A model generated the notes under the pieces. It was not told the DNA's origin. It saw only the letters and a list, made by a program, of their open reading frames with translations, and did not search any database. Below are positions 37,016 to 46,747 of a stretch of DNA of 64,000 bases, in pieces (position 1 is the stretch's first letter; every line of letters starts with the position of its first letter). The stretch lies in the sequence record ON287375.1; one strand, given 5' to 3'. Both the position numbers and the translations under genes were made by a program.

Positions 37016-39005
37016 TCTCTCTCTGATCTCCATGCTTCAATTTACCGAACGTCGGTTTAAAGTTGAAGTAATGGATGACCAGGGTGAAAAGATCATAACA
37101 GATAGTTGGATGTTAGCTCTTTCCTGGTTCAGTCTGATTGTTCATCGGCACTTCAATGATGAGCCTTATCATGTTGATGAACTGGCAGTCCTGGTGGCCC
37201 CTAAAGGCCGCCAAGCATTTATCGATGATGATGTACTCAAGGAACCAATTGATCACTTCCTGGGGCGTTTGATGCCTAAGTATGATGATCCAGTTTTCTA
37301 TGATTTCATCAAACAGTTGGTGTTCACTTGGCACAACCAGGTTCATAACTATATGTGCGTGGTTTCTGAAACTGGTGTTGTGTCTGCTCGTGCTATGGAC
37401 GTTGTTCATTGTTATCGTCATCCGCCGGTAGCTGACCTGAAGAAACGTGTTCAGGAAGGTAAAACCAATTTGGCTGATGCAGCTAAAGAGTTCGAAAAGA
37501 TCATGATGGAAGATCCGGCTTTTGATAAGTCTGTCTTCGGTCTCCTGTATCGTACTCGTGCTGTTAACCCAACTCAGTCTTTCCAATTGGTAATTGCTCG
37601 TGGTGACGTGTTTGACTTGAACAACGTGATCCTGCCAAATACAGTAATGACGTCTTATGCAGATGGTATTACTAACCTGGCAGATTCCTTGGGTGACTCC
37701 AAAGGCGCTGGTTTCTCCCTGATCTCTAACGGCTCGGCTTTGCAGGACTCTGAATGGTTCCATAAAAAGATCCACAACGTGTCTCAAGTCGTTCAGGGCG
37801 TTCGTTATCAAACTGACTGTGGTTCTACAACAGGTCCAGTTCTGAAGATCATCTCCAGGGAATTCAAATTGTCTCTGGCTGGTCGTTGGCGGATTAATGA
37901 TGATGGCACAACCACTCTGCTGACTTATGAAGAACTGAAGAAAATCGAAACTGGTGACATCATCCGTATTCGTGATGTTGCATGGTGTAAAGATGCTGAC
38001 CATGATGGCAAGCCTTGTTCCAAATGTTTCGGTAAGATGGAATCTGCACTTCCGTATAATCCATATACTAAGAAGTCTGCAGTTCCAGGTCTGTTCTATG
38101 GCTCTACTTTTGCGGAACCTATTGGTCAGTCGATCTTGAAAACCAAACACCGTATCGGTACTGCAACTGCAAAAGGCTTTGTAGTACAACGTCAGGATGT
38201 GGACTATATCACAACGGATGATTCTGGAGACTTCATCTATTTCAATAAAGGTATCCTCAACGAGGAAGCAGATCCGTATATCATCTTGGATAAAGAAACT
38301 CAGCAGGACTTCTCTGACTTCCAGTTCATGGATAACATTGAAGATCTTGATGTATCTCGTCTGCGTACTTATGAATCTATTAAACTGCGTGTTAACATCG
38401 TTAACCCAATGTTCGATAATCGTAAAGCAGTTCATTATCCGATCGTGATCACTACGGTAGCTTCTCGTGATGCTCGAATGACTAAGCCGTTCATTGAGTA
38501 TCTGCTGAGCAAACCAATGGAAGAAGAAGGTCGTACATTTAAGATTAGTCTTAAAGACTTCAACTTCAAAGAACCAGCATTCGAATTACCACTGGTAAAC
38601 GAAGACCTGGATGCTTATCGTAAACGTGTTGAAACATTCCTGAAGTTCCCGAATATCAATCGTCGTTGGGATGTCAAAGTAACTCCTGAGTTACATGGCG
38701 AAACCATGATTGCATTCTGGAAGGTAGTAGATGAGAAGTATAAAGGTGCGAATAGTATCATGCACTCTATCTTCTTGTGGGCATGTATGGCACGAGATCC
38801 TGAGCATCTCGACTTCGGTATTCCGATCGGTGACGAGCCGCGTAACTTTATCAGTCTGCATGATGCCGTACTGAGTCGTGGTTTGGGCAATACCTTGTTG
38901 TATGGTTGGCAGGGTAGTGCATTGCTGGGTAGTCCAATTAACTTCCTGATCAAGAATCGTCAGGGTGGTGCTTTAGAAGCATTCTGTCACCCTATCGCTC
39001 GTTAA
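36984..39005 (+). CDS. rpoC: Non-virion RNAP beta-prime subunit, C-terminal part (phiKZ gp74-like)
   Basis: DCGST, Zn ligands WC...CSKCFG, EPIGQSILKTKH (beta-prime trigger-loop region). Confidence 0.9.
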   Translation: MKTIKLREFANLSLISMLQFTERRFKVEVMDDQGEKIITDSWMLALSWFSLIVHRHFNDEPYHVDELAVLVAPKGRQAFIDDDVLKEPIDHFLGRLMPKYDDPVFYDFIKQLVFTWHNQVHNYMCVVSETGVVSARAMDVVHCYRHPPVADLKKRVQEGKTNLADAAKEFEKIMMEDPAFDKSVFGLLYRTRAVNPTQSFQLVIARGDVFDLNNVILPNTVMTSYADGITNLADSLGDSKGAGFSLISNGSALQDSEWFHKKIHNVSQVVQGVRYQTDCGSTTGPVLKIISREFKLSLAGRWRINDDGTTTLLTYEELKKIETGDIIRIRDVAWCKDADHDGKPCSKCFGKMESALPYNPYTKKSAVPGLFYGSTFAEPIGQSILKTKHRIGTATAKGFVVQRQDVDYITTDDSGDFIYFNKGILNEEADPYIILDKETQQDFSDFQFMDNIEDLDVSRLRTYESIKLRVNIVNPMFDNRKAVHYPIVITTVASRDARMTKPFIEYLLSKPMEEEGRTFKISLKDFNFKEPAFELPLVNEDLDAYRKRVETFLKFPNINRRWDVKVTPELHGETMIAFWKVVDEKYKGANSIMHSIFLWACMARDPEHLDFGIPIGDEPRNFISLHDAVLSRGLGNTLLYGWQGSALLGSPINFLIKNRQGGALEAFCHPIAR

Positions 39006-39043
39006 TTAAATAGGACAAGGATGTCCTTATAAAGGAGAATATC

Positions 39044-39343
39044 ATGGAAACATTATCATTAAACTTCATGACCGAAACAGCGGTACCTGAAAATATCAAT
39101 CATCTTTCCATCAAAGTGGTTCGTTACACTAATAAAATTTTGGGTGTAGAAGAAACTTTTGAACCTGCGCCAGGTAATGAATTTACTTGGGAAAAACCAC
39201 TACCTGGTTCCGAATACTATTTAGGATTCTTGAATACGGGACGGGGTGGGATTATTGAAATCCGGTATAACAAGGAACAAAGCTTCATGATGATCCGTGG
39301 TCCAGTTAGAACCGACATCACTTTTGAATTGGAAGGCGAATAA
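39044..39343 (+). CDS. Small hypothetical protein (accessory insertion)
   Basis: SD AAGGAG; beta-rich. Confidence 0.8.
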   Translation: METLSLNFMTETAVPENINHLSIKVVRYTNKILGVEETFEPAPGNEFTWEKPLPGSEYYLGFLNTGRGGIIEIRYNKEQSFMMIRGPVRTDITFELEGE

Positions 39344-39645
39344 TGTCAACTGAACCTATCCTGATTGAATTGAAAGTCGGGGAAGAAGTAAAGATCCCTG
39401 ATCGTGGTGCATTTGCATCCTTCCCTAAACTGCGTGTTAGTAAAGTAGTTAAGGGTGATAAAGTACACGTTACTGAGTACTGGCCTGGTACCGGCAGCAT
39501 CCCAAGTAACCTTCATCAGAATACAATCCGTTTACTGAATCTTCAGTGGAACGGTATCACAGTACAGGGTGAATATGACGACAGTTCTAAGCTGCTGAAA
39601 ATCACCAAAGGTAATGTCGATTCGGTGACTGTAGAAATCCGATAA
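39343..39645 (+). CDS. Small hypothetical protein (accessory insertion)
   Basis: TAATG coupling; beta-rich. Confidence 0.8.
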   Translation: MSTEPILIELKVGEEVKIPDRGAFASFPKLRVSKVVKGDKVHVTEYWPGTGSIPSNLHQNTIRLLNLQWNGITVQGEYDDSSKLLKITKGNVDSVTVEIR

Positions 39646-39699
39646 GGTGAAACCTTTATAGTATGATAAACATTTATCGTACACAATGAAGGCATTACC

Positions 39700-39930
39700 A
39701 TGATTACCAAACTGCAAGACATGAAACCTGGGGAATACTTTAAAGTAGACTCTAACGAAGGCGGTTGTAAGAAAGCTCCATGTACCCGTCGTATTCTGGC
39801 TATAGGTGAAACATCTGTAGCTTCCGATCTGAAAGAAGATCAAGGTTTCTATTTCCGTTTGAAAATGGAAAACTATTTAGGGACGATTAAAACACCAAAC
39901 GGTATGGTTGTCCATCAGTTCAGTAAATAA
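39700..39930 (+). CDS. Small hypothetical protein
   Basis: 76 aa; followed by a hairpin. Confidence 0.7.
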   Translation: MITKLQDMKPGEYFKVDSNEGGCKKAPCTRRILAIGETSVASDLKEDQGFYFRLKMENYLGTIKTPNGMVVHQFSK

Positions 39931-39934
39931 ACTG

Positions 39935-39966
39935 TTACTCACCTTCCTTAATTGGAGGGTGGGTAA
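39935..39966 (+). terminator. Terminator-like hairpin
   Basis: TTACTCACCTTCC-ttaatt-GGAGGGTGGGTAA. Confidence 0.7.
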
Positions 39967-39970
39967 TAAT

Positions 39971-39994
39971 TTTTAAGTATATATTATCTATAGG
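39971..39994 (+). promoter_or_regulatory. Putative early promoter (degenerate)
   Basis: TTTTAAGTATATATTATCTATAGG directly after a hairpin. Confidence 0.55.
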
Positions 39995-40002
39995 AGTTAC
40001 GC

Positions 40003-40272
40003 ATGCAAGTCATTAAAATTGTGAATGGTGAAACCACTGTCGTTGGTGATTCCAAGTTTACCCACGGTTATTTGGCAAGTGTCACTTTGGATGACGGTGA
40101 ACGTCGTTCTTATAACAAACCAACTTACCCTGGTGAATATGGTTGGAGTTCCGCTGCAAATGTCAATTACAATTATGACGGTATGTTGTTGACACTGAAA
40201 TTTGTTCCAGAAGACAAAGCCATTAAAGGCCAAGGTTATGGCTGGAAAGAATGCGAGTTTGTCGTATTCTAA
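40003..40272 (+). CDS. Small hypothetical protein
   Basis: SD AGGAG; 89 aa. Confidence 0.8.
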   Translation: MQVIKIVNGETTVVGDSKFTHGYLASVTLDDGERRSYNKPTYPGEYGWSSAANVNYNYDGMLLTLKFVPEDKAIKGQGYGWKECEFVVF

Positions 40273-40429
40273 TATAAAGGTGGGAGGCTTAGGTCTCCCT
40301 TTTAATGTACCAAAAGGAGGAGGTATTTATAAATACTACGAGGTCAATATATTAGAGAAAACCATATTTTGTGCTATAACCCTCACGGGTAAAGGGTTGG
40401 TGCTCTAATAGTTGAAGAAGGGTTGAGTT

Positions 40430-41974
40430 ATGCGTAGAACAGTTGTGATCTATAAAGCGAGCACATATGTTCGTTTGACTGACTTTAAACCTGAACTCGT
40501 GCAGCAAATACTTCGTCCTTTTTGTGCTCGTAACTTTTATAGGGTTCAGAAGGTCCCCATACCCGGTGGTGGACCTAATGCATTCAAAAAGGAAGTGAGT
40601 CATGTATTTGCCAGGTTCAATGAAGACAAGACCGAGTTAAGGTTTAATGCTGAGAAACTTCAAGATCTCATTAAGTTCATGGAAGAACATGGGTATAGTA
40701 AGTCTCGAATCCAGGTAATAGATGAAACAGTTATCGACGCAGCTCCGGCTAACTTGAAACTGAAAGATCCTAATATCAAACCACGAAATGAAATGCAGGA
40801 AGAATATACAGCATTCATGGGTGGACCCAAACCGTTAGTTGTTAATAACATGGGTACTGGGCAGGGTAAAACTTTCTGTGCGATATGGACTGCTGTACAG
40901 TTAGGTAAACGTGTATTGATCACGGTACTGCCAAGATATGTAGATATCTGGATTAAAGCATTTGGGGAATTCTTAGATATCCATCCAACGGATATTTTAG
41001 TGGCTGATACATTTGGCGTTGAGAAGCTACACCAAGTAATGAAAGACGGGTTAATTAATCCATCAATCATTATTCTGCCATTAACTAAAATAGACGTCTA
41101 TATAAAACGTATGAAAGAGGATCCATCTCTTCCTGGATTGGACGAGGTATTCCACGACATGCGTTGTGGTGTGAGAATCATTGACGAAGCACACGAATCG
41201 ATTTATTCGGTTTATATGTCATTGATGTTTGGGAACCATCAGAAGACGATGGCGTTGTCGGCAACCTTGAAAGGTGATGATGACTTCATAAACTCTATCT
41301 ATGGTCAGATCTTCCCAGCTCACTGTTATCTGCGACCTCCTGAATATACCAAGTATATTCATGTTATCGCTTATAGCCACCGGATGGATGTAAACAAATA
41401 CCGAATCAATGCTAAAGGGTTTGGTGGTTATTCTCATGTCAAGTTTGAACAGGGGATAATGAAAAGGAGCTTTGTCTTCGAAGAGTATTACAAAATGCTC
41501 AAAGAGGCATTCGACATTTATTACATGGATACGTATCGAGAAGGGCAAAAGGTCATGTGGTTCTTTGCAACAATCGAAATGTGCGATCTGTTCCTTAAAC
41601 GACTTAAACAGGATTATCCAGATTTAGATGCGATAGTATTTACAGGTGAGCAAAGTAGTAAGAAGGAAACTAAAACCGCGTACAGGGAACACCAGGTAGT
41701 TATTACAACTCCAGGGTCTTGTGGTACCGGTAAAGATATTCCTCAGCTCTATATCGTGTTTAGCCCTATCTCTGTGAGTTCTTCACAGCGTAACGATCAG
41801 ATGGTTGGACGTACTCGACCAATTGATAAATGGTGGCCAGATCTGGATCCAATATTCCTGTACTTCGTTTGTCCAGACATTCCTAAGCAGGTAGACTATC
41901 ACCGTAAACGTAGAACCATCTTTGATAAGAAGATGAAGAAGTTCACGCTGATTGACTCAGGTTCACGTATTTAA
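40430..41974 (+). CDS. SF2 DExH helicase (UvsW/XPB-like, phiKZ gp75-like)
   Basis: Walker A MGTGQGKT, DEAH, motif III SAT, motif V GTGKD, motif VI QMVGRTR. Confidence 0.9.
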   Translation: MRRTVVIYKASTYVRLTDFKPELVQQILRPFCARNFYRVQKVPIPGGGPNAFKKEVSHVFARFNEDKTELRFNAEKLQDLIKFMEEHGYSKSRIQVIDETVIDAAPANLKLKDPNIKPRNEMQEEYTAFMGGPKPLVVNNMGTGQGKTFCAIWTAVQLGKRVLITVLPRYVDIWIKAFGEFLDIHPTDILVADTFGVEKLHQVMKDGLINPSIIILPLTKIDVYIKRMKEDPSLPGLDEVFHDMRCGVRIIDEAHESIYSVYMSLMFGNHQKTMALSATLKGDDDFINSIYGQIFPAHCYLRPPEYTKYIHVIAYSHRMDVNKYRINAKGFGGYSHVKFEQGIMKRSFVFEEYYKMLKEAFDIYYMDTYREGQKVMWFFATIEMCDLFLKRLKQDYPDLDAIVFTGEQSSKKETKTAYREHQVVITTPGSCGTGKDIPQLYIVFSPISVSSSQRNDQMVGRTRPIDKWWPDLDPIFLYFVCPDIPKQVDYHRKRRTIFDKKMKKFTLIDSGSRI

Positions 41975-41982
41975 TAACTAGG

Positions 41983-42007
41983 CTCTGGGGACTTTGAGTC
42001 CCTGGAG
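41983..42007 (+). promoter_or_regulatory. Hairpin overlapping the SD of the next gene
   Basis: CTCTGGGGACT-ttg-AGTCCCTGGAG; the 3' arm contains GGAG 4 nt before ATG 42012. Confidence 0.5.
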
Positions 42008-42011
42008 TCCT

Positions 42012-42437
42012 ATGTTAATAGCAATGGCGGTGAGTATGGAATTAATAAGTATCAATATCAGACTACCTGGTATCACTGATACAGATGTCCTGCAAGTGGT
42101 TGGTGCTGGCATTATGGTTATGTTTGATAGTCATAAGAAGTTGGGAACTGAGTTCGAAGACTTCTTAGTCATGGAAGAAGCAAAGCTAACTATGGGTGAC
42201 CATTGTAGCGATCTGGTTATTGATGACCTTCAGTTTGAAAGAGTTTATCAGGCGGCAAGCAATGCTCTCTCAACTGTCTTAGCGGCACAGAGTGAAGATT
42301 TAAAATCCCTGGCTAACCAAGTCAATGGTGTCGAAGATATCATGATGATGGAGTATCCAGGAATAATTAAGATGTATGTAAGGGAGAATCCAGAAGGTGA
42401 GCAACTTCTTAGATATCGTCTCTTTAACGTTTGCTAA
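42012..42437 (+). CDS. Conserved hypothetical protein
   Basis: Start moved to ATG 42012 (SD GGAG). Confidence 0.7.
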   Translation: MLIAMAVSMELISINIRLPGITDTDVLQVVGAGIMVMFDSHKKLGTEFEDFLVMEEAKLTMGDHCSDLVIDDLQFERVYQAASNALSTVLAAQSEDLKSLANQVNGVEDIMMMEYPGIIKMYVRENPEGEQLLRYRLFNVC

Positions 42438-42792
42438 TCAAAGAGTCAATAGTGCGATTTATACCAATCAAACATTCTTGCAAGAAATCATCGTCTTTAT
42501 ATTAGGCGAGAAGCTTATGCTTGGACCTACTGATCCTTTTGAAATAAGAGGACGTATGTTTGATTATCTCTTGCAGGTGTTAGATCCGTTAGATCGACCT
42601 GTTGTGGAAACCATCATTGCTGAAATTGAGAAACGAGTAGCCGATATATCTTCTGAGTTAGCTTATCGTTCTTTGTTCCTCAGTGGGGAGTGTTTCCTTA
42701 AATATGAATATGAACTTAGACATCGGTTTAGCAAGTTATATGTCTATGCCGATGCTCATGCCTTTAACGATCCCATCGATCAATCAAATTAA
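42397..42792 (+). CDS. Conserved hypothetical protein
   Basis: GTG start, uncertain; packed operon. Confidence 0.65.
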   Translation: MSNFLDIVSLTFANQRVNSAIYTNQTFLQEIIVFILGEKLMLGPTDPFEIRGRMFDYLLQVLDPLDRPVVETIIAEIEKRVADISSELAYRSLFLSGECFLKYEYELRHRFSKLYVYADAHAFNDPIDQSN

Positions 42793-42811
42793 TTTATCTG
42801 GAGATTTACAA

Positions 42812-43372
42812 ATGTTACAAGCTACCAATGCTAGCGGCATCACTGAGAACATGGTTACTTACAAATTCAAGATTAGCGAACTGGCTGATCTGTTTGAAAC
42901 GTTTACTCCTGAGCAATCCCACATCGCTCTGGAAGGCGCACTGAACATTATCTTTGGTCGCCCATCCGGTGTTCTTCAAGCGGTTAAACTGGAAGGTGAA
43001 GAAGCTGAACCAGAACAAACCCCAGAAGAACTGCAACAAGACCACGAAACTCAAATCGTTGGTGAAGTTGCTTATGCCCTGTATTGCCACCAAATGACAG
43101 CTGAAGCTGCAGCTCTGGTTCCAGATGGTTGCGCAACGGCCTGGACGATCCCTGACGACTATGAAAACACTGAAGAGTATCAACGCATGGAAGAAATGTT
43201 CCGTGGCATTGTAGCTCATATCAGCAACGCTATTGCAGCTGACAAGTTTAACCAAGACGTTATCACTCTTCATGGTGAAATGGAATTCTTTAGCCGTATT
43301 GAGTTGTATACTTATAACTACAATACCAACATTGAAATCCTGTCAGTAACTATCGCAGCTATGCTTTCCTAA
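42812..43372 (+). CDS. Acidic conserved hypothetical protein
   Basis: Start moved to ATG 42812 (SD GGAG); optimised codons. Confidence 0.8.
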   Translation: MLQATNASGITENMVTYKFKISELADLFETFTPEQSHIALEGALNIIFGRPSGVLQAVKLEGEEAEPEQTPEELQQDHETQIVGEVAYALYCHQMTAEAAALVPDGCATAWTIPDDYENTEEYQRMEEMFRGIVAHISNAIAADKFNQDVITLHGEMEFFSRIELYTYNYNTNIEILSVTIAAMLS

Positions 43373-43378
43373 TCAACT

Positions 43379-43406
43379 CCTTACCCTTCCTAGTGGAGGG
43401 TAAGGG
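43379..43406 (+). terminator. Terminator-like hairpin
   Basis: CCTTACCCTTCC-tagt-GGAGGGTAAGG. Confidence 0.7.
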
Positions 43407-43438
43407 TTATATGTTTACTTTTTCTACAGGTCATCCTA

Positions 43439-43894
43439 ATGTTCAAATTTAACAAACCAGTCCATAACGAAGCCGAACTCTCTTTCCGTCAACTGGTTAC
43501 TCAACCGTTCTTTAAAGATCTTAAACAAGACTTTATCCACAACTTCAAGAACATGTGTTACCACTCGTCCCTGGGTAACTTGTTCGCTAACCAGTTTATT
43601 AAACCAGACGGCAAAGTAAGACTGGTTAAAGATATCGTTGGTTGCGATCCTATTTGTAAGATCTCCATGTCCTGGGACGAGGAAGATGAAGTCTTTACCC
43701 TTATGGACGGAATTGTCATTGAACTGAAGACAGACCGCTTAAATGCTGATAAAGCTTTCCTGGCAATGTCTGCCGATAAAGAACAGGATAAGTTCGATAT
43801 CGAAATCCATGTTCATTTCAAAACAGGGATTAAGTCAGTATATAAAGTACCTAACGATAAACTTAAAGAAGCTTTGATCATTGCTTTAGGTTAA
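43439..43894 (+). CDS. Hypothetical protein, tandem paralog A
   Basis: MFKFNK...SFRQL...FIHNFKNMCYHS.LGNLF clearly homologous to 44039-44488. Confidence 0.85.
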   Translation: MFKFNKPVHNEAELSFRQLVTQPFFKDLKQDFIHNFKNMCYHSSLGNLFANQFIKPDGKVRLVKDIVGCDPICKISMSWDEEDEVFTLMDGIVIELKTDRLNADKAFLAMSADKEQDKFDIEIHVHFKTGIKSVYKVPNDKLKEALIIALG

Positions 43895-44038
43895 TATTTT
43901 TATTATACTCTATTTCTTATATATTGGGGGTAGGGGGTTAATTCCGAAGGAAAGTTATATAAACTTAAGTGGAACGATAGTGACATCCTCTTATGTTATT
44001 CTCTTTTAAGTAAGCTAATTAAACAAGGAAATATAGAA

Positions 44039-44488
44039 ATGAACAAATTCAATAAAACAGCTATTAACCGTGCAGAGCAATCTTTCCGTGATCTGTTGAA
44101 ACTGGATATCATGAAAGATGTCAAGAAACAATTCATTCATGATTTTAAGAACCTGTGTCATCATTCAGATGTAGGTAACTTGTTTGATCATTACCTGGTA
44201 AGTAAACTGGGTGATGTTAATCTGGTTTATGCTGCAATCAATCAAATCGTTGAATGTGAAGACACTCCATTCATTTCAGAGATCGTAGAAGGTCTGGATG
44301 CAGTAGCTATTGAACTGAATCCTGAACGTGCTAGTGTCCGACGTGCTTACCTGATGATCTCGGCAGATACCGCACAAGTTAAGTCAGTTGTTGAAATTCA
44401 TGTTCATTACTATAGTGTCGGTAAAGTAATTTATCCAGTTAAAACTGATAACCTGCACAACACTCTGATGTTGGCAATCGGTAAATAA
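44039..44488 (+). CDS. Hypothetical protein, tandem paralog B
   Basis: MNKFNK...SFRDL...FIHDFKNLCHHS.VGNLF; SD AAGGA. Confidence 0.85.
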   Translation: MNKFNKTAINRAEQSFRDLLKLDIMKDVKKQFIHDFKNLCHHSDVGNLFDHYLVSKLGDVNLVYAAINQIVECEDTPFISEIVEGLDAVAIELNPERASVRRAYLMISADTAQVKSVVEIHVHYYSVGKVIYPVKTDNLHNTLMLAIGK

Positions 44489-44493
44489 ATATA

Positions 44494-44521
44494 ACCCTAC
44501 CTTCCATTAGGAAGGTAGGGT
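44494..44521. terminator. Bidirectional terminator
   Basis: ACCCTACCTTCC-atta-GGAAGGTAGGGT between convergent genes. Confidence 0.85.
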
Positions 44522-44528
44522 CTATTAC

Positions 44529-45836
44529 TTATCTTAAAATTTGGTCCATTGTCATAGATATTGTACGTAGTTGAGAAACATGCATCGCCTTCATACGAGT
44601 TAACATGAACTGTGTAAAGATGTAAACAGCTTCAGCTGAAACACGGTTTTCGATCTTACCCAGTTTCTCACCACAACAAACATGACAGAGGTTATCTTCA
44701 GGTTGAGTGCAGTACTGAGGAACACGCATTTCCACAGTTTTACCAATCATGTCAGAATCAGACTTAGACAGTTTCTTAGGAACCCCACCATCCATGTAGA
44801 ATCCACCAATCCAACCTTTAAAGTTATGTTTATTCAACTTAATAGTTTCGGTTCTTGGTGTTTTACAATCTTCACCAGCTACTCTGATACGGTTAGTTAA
44901 CAGGATAGCTACCTTAACCTCAGCACCACCTTCACCTGTTGCGTTACCACGGTCAAAGGAAGCAGAAATAGCGGTGTTGATATATTCAGGATAATGATCA
45001 GGATCCCAACCTTCATCCAGTGACTTACGAAGTAAGTTATATTTACCGGTGTTGAAGTCAGGTACCATATCAAAGATAATGAACATCTTCTTACGGGCGT
45101 TATCGATAAACTTACCGTTAATGAAGAAGTCTTTGGATGGACCTGAGTATTGGATCTTGGCATCAAGGGCAATTACTTTATCGATGGCCACAGCAACGGC
45201 TGTAGGATCGTCTAGCTTGCCTTCATCTTCCAGTTGCTTGAGTAGTTCATCTCTGAGTTTTAAAACCTCTGGGTGAACTGTCAGGACATCTATGGATGAT
45301 GCCTTAACGAAGACCTGGTTCATACCTTCCAAGTAATCAAGTTGTTTGGTTACTTTCAGGCAATCATCTACAGATGCTTTACCTTCAGGGACTTCTTGAC
45401 CTGGTTCTGGGTTATCAACCATCAGTCCATCAATAATACCTTGGATGGTCCCGCCAGCGATCTTACCATTAAAGTAACTAGTACGATTCTGGAAAGATTC
45501 AAACAGTACTACGATATTGGTTAAGAAGATCCCTATCGTAGTTTCCATTTTCTCAGTGATGAAACCATGGGCTTCAGCGTCAACTGTAATCTTTTCATTC
45601 TTATTGAAAAGTGGCAGTGTATAATCGCCTCCCTCGATTGTAACTTTCTGACGATTTTCATCAAGGAAGTATATAGTCTTAGTTTCATCATCGCGAATGG
45701 CAGCATACGGTACATCCTCCAACATCTTGCGGTTTGCAGGATCGTCATGGACCAAACTAAAGATAGACATCAAGAATGACTTACGGATGTAAGCACGATT
45801 CCTGAATGCCATGAAGAGATAATCTAATTTATGCAT
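44529..45836 (-). CDS. rpoC: Virion RNAP beta-prime middle subunit (phiKZ gp80-like)
   Basis: Bridge-helix region RGNATGEGG, DCKT, Zn ligands MRVPQYC...CHVCCG, FTQFMLTRMKAMH. Confidence 0.85.
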   Translation of the reverse strand: MHKLDYLFMAFRNRAYIRKSFLMSIFSLVHDDPANRKMLEDVPYAAIRDDETKTIYFLDENRQKVTIEGGDYTLPLFNKNEKITVDAEAHGFITEKMETTIGIFLTNIVVLFESFQNRTSYFNGKIAGGTIQGIIDGLMVDNPEPGQEVPEGKASVDDCLKVTKQLDYLEGMNQVFVKASSIDVLTVHPEVLKLRDELLKQLEDEGKLDDPTAVAVAIDKVIALDAKIQYSGPSKDFFINGKFIDNARKKMFIIFDMVPDFNTGKYNLLRKSLDEGWDPDHYPEYINTAISASFDRGNATGEGGAEVKVAILLTNRIRVAGEDCKTPRTETIKLNKHNFKGWIGGFYMDGGVPKKLSKSDSDMIGKTVEMRVPQYCTQPEDNLCHVCCGEKLGKIENRVSAEAVYIFTQFMLTRMKAMHVSQLRTISMTMDQILR

Positions 45837-46710
45837 CGAGTTTAACCCTATTCAAAATGCTTGTTCCTTTATAAGCTTCTTCGATAGTGTTACAATGTTC
45901 TTCTACCAAAGCACTAAACTGACCAGTGATGTCTTCATCGGTCATGTAGGAAATCAACATCAAGCTTAAAACGTTAGTGAGATAAACAGTAGCATCATCA
46001 TCTACTAAAGCTTTAGCTAATCGGTTAGTGAATAACTTATGGTATCCGTCAAAGTCTTGACCTACCCCACCACCATTAATAATGTGCTCTCCACCCATAG
46101 TTCCTTTCAAGAACTCAGCATTAGCTTTAATGCGTTTCTGTAACCATGGATCAACCCAAGTTTCATCATCCTGCTCGATAACATTAATACCAATCAAGAT
46201 ACCACGAATAACGTTAGTGGAAACTTCTTTGATGTAGTATTCCATGTTCTCCATATCGAACTGAGGTTGAGTCATTCTTACTACACGAATGAAACGTTCT
46301 TTAGGATCAGCTTCTTCATCGTTAAGAGTATCATACAGACCAATAAGGTCGGTCATACCGTCAACCATGAAGATGGTATCCAATACTACGATCAACTCAG
46401 GTAAAGAGTTTGGATCAATCCAGTCTTTATCAATGATGATTCCCATTATCTGCAAGGCATCGATGATCGTATCAATAAAGAGGATACGAATATGTGCCAT
46501 CATGTCTGCCGTACCGATAGATTCATCCACTAGGATATGAGTAATCGTATTATCGATAAAGCTTTCAGGAAAACTGATTGCAATTAAATTATACGCCTGG
46601 TTGTATTGTGTAGCGTGTTCAGGTGTGCAGCGAGCAATAAAGTCCTGCCACATCTCACCAAGATTTTCCACACCTAAATCTACGTTGGTAAGATCGATCA
46701 TTTCTGACAT
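45829..46710 (-). CDS. Conserved hypothetical protein
   Basis: Start moved to ATG 46710; overlaps the RNAP gene start by 8 nt. Confidence 0.75.
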   Translation of the reverse strand: MSEMIDLTNVDLGVENLGEMWQDFIARCTPEHATQYNQAYNLIAISFPESFIDNTITHILVDESIGTADMMAHIRILFIDTIIDALQIMGIIIDKDWIDPNSLPELIVVLDTIFMVDGMTDLIGLYDTLNDEEADPKERFIRVVRMTQPQFDMENMEYYIKEVSTNVIRGILIGINVIEQDDETWVDPWLQKRIKANAEFLKGTMGGEHIINGGGVGQDFDGYHKLFTNRLAKALVDDDATVYLTNVLSLMLISYMTDEDITGQFSALVEEHCNTIEEAYKGTSILNRVKLDA

Positions 46711-46747
46711 AGGTTTACCTATCACTTATATTAAAAGGGTTCATAAC

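Noticed and set aside
31269-38435. Long antisense ORFs (31269-32237, 32316-33050, 33244-34344, 37113-38435)
   Set aside because: Each mirrors a well-supported plus-strand core gene; same codon-bias artefact
40202-40408. 68-aa ORF bridging the small gene and the helicase
   Set aside because: Overlaps the 40003-40272 gene out of frame, no convincing SD, atypical composition
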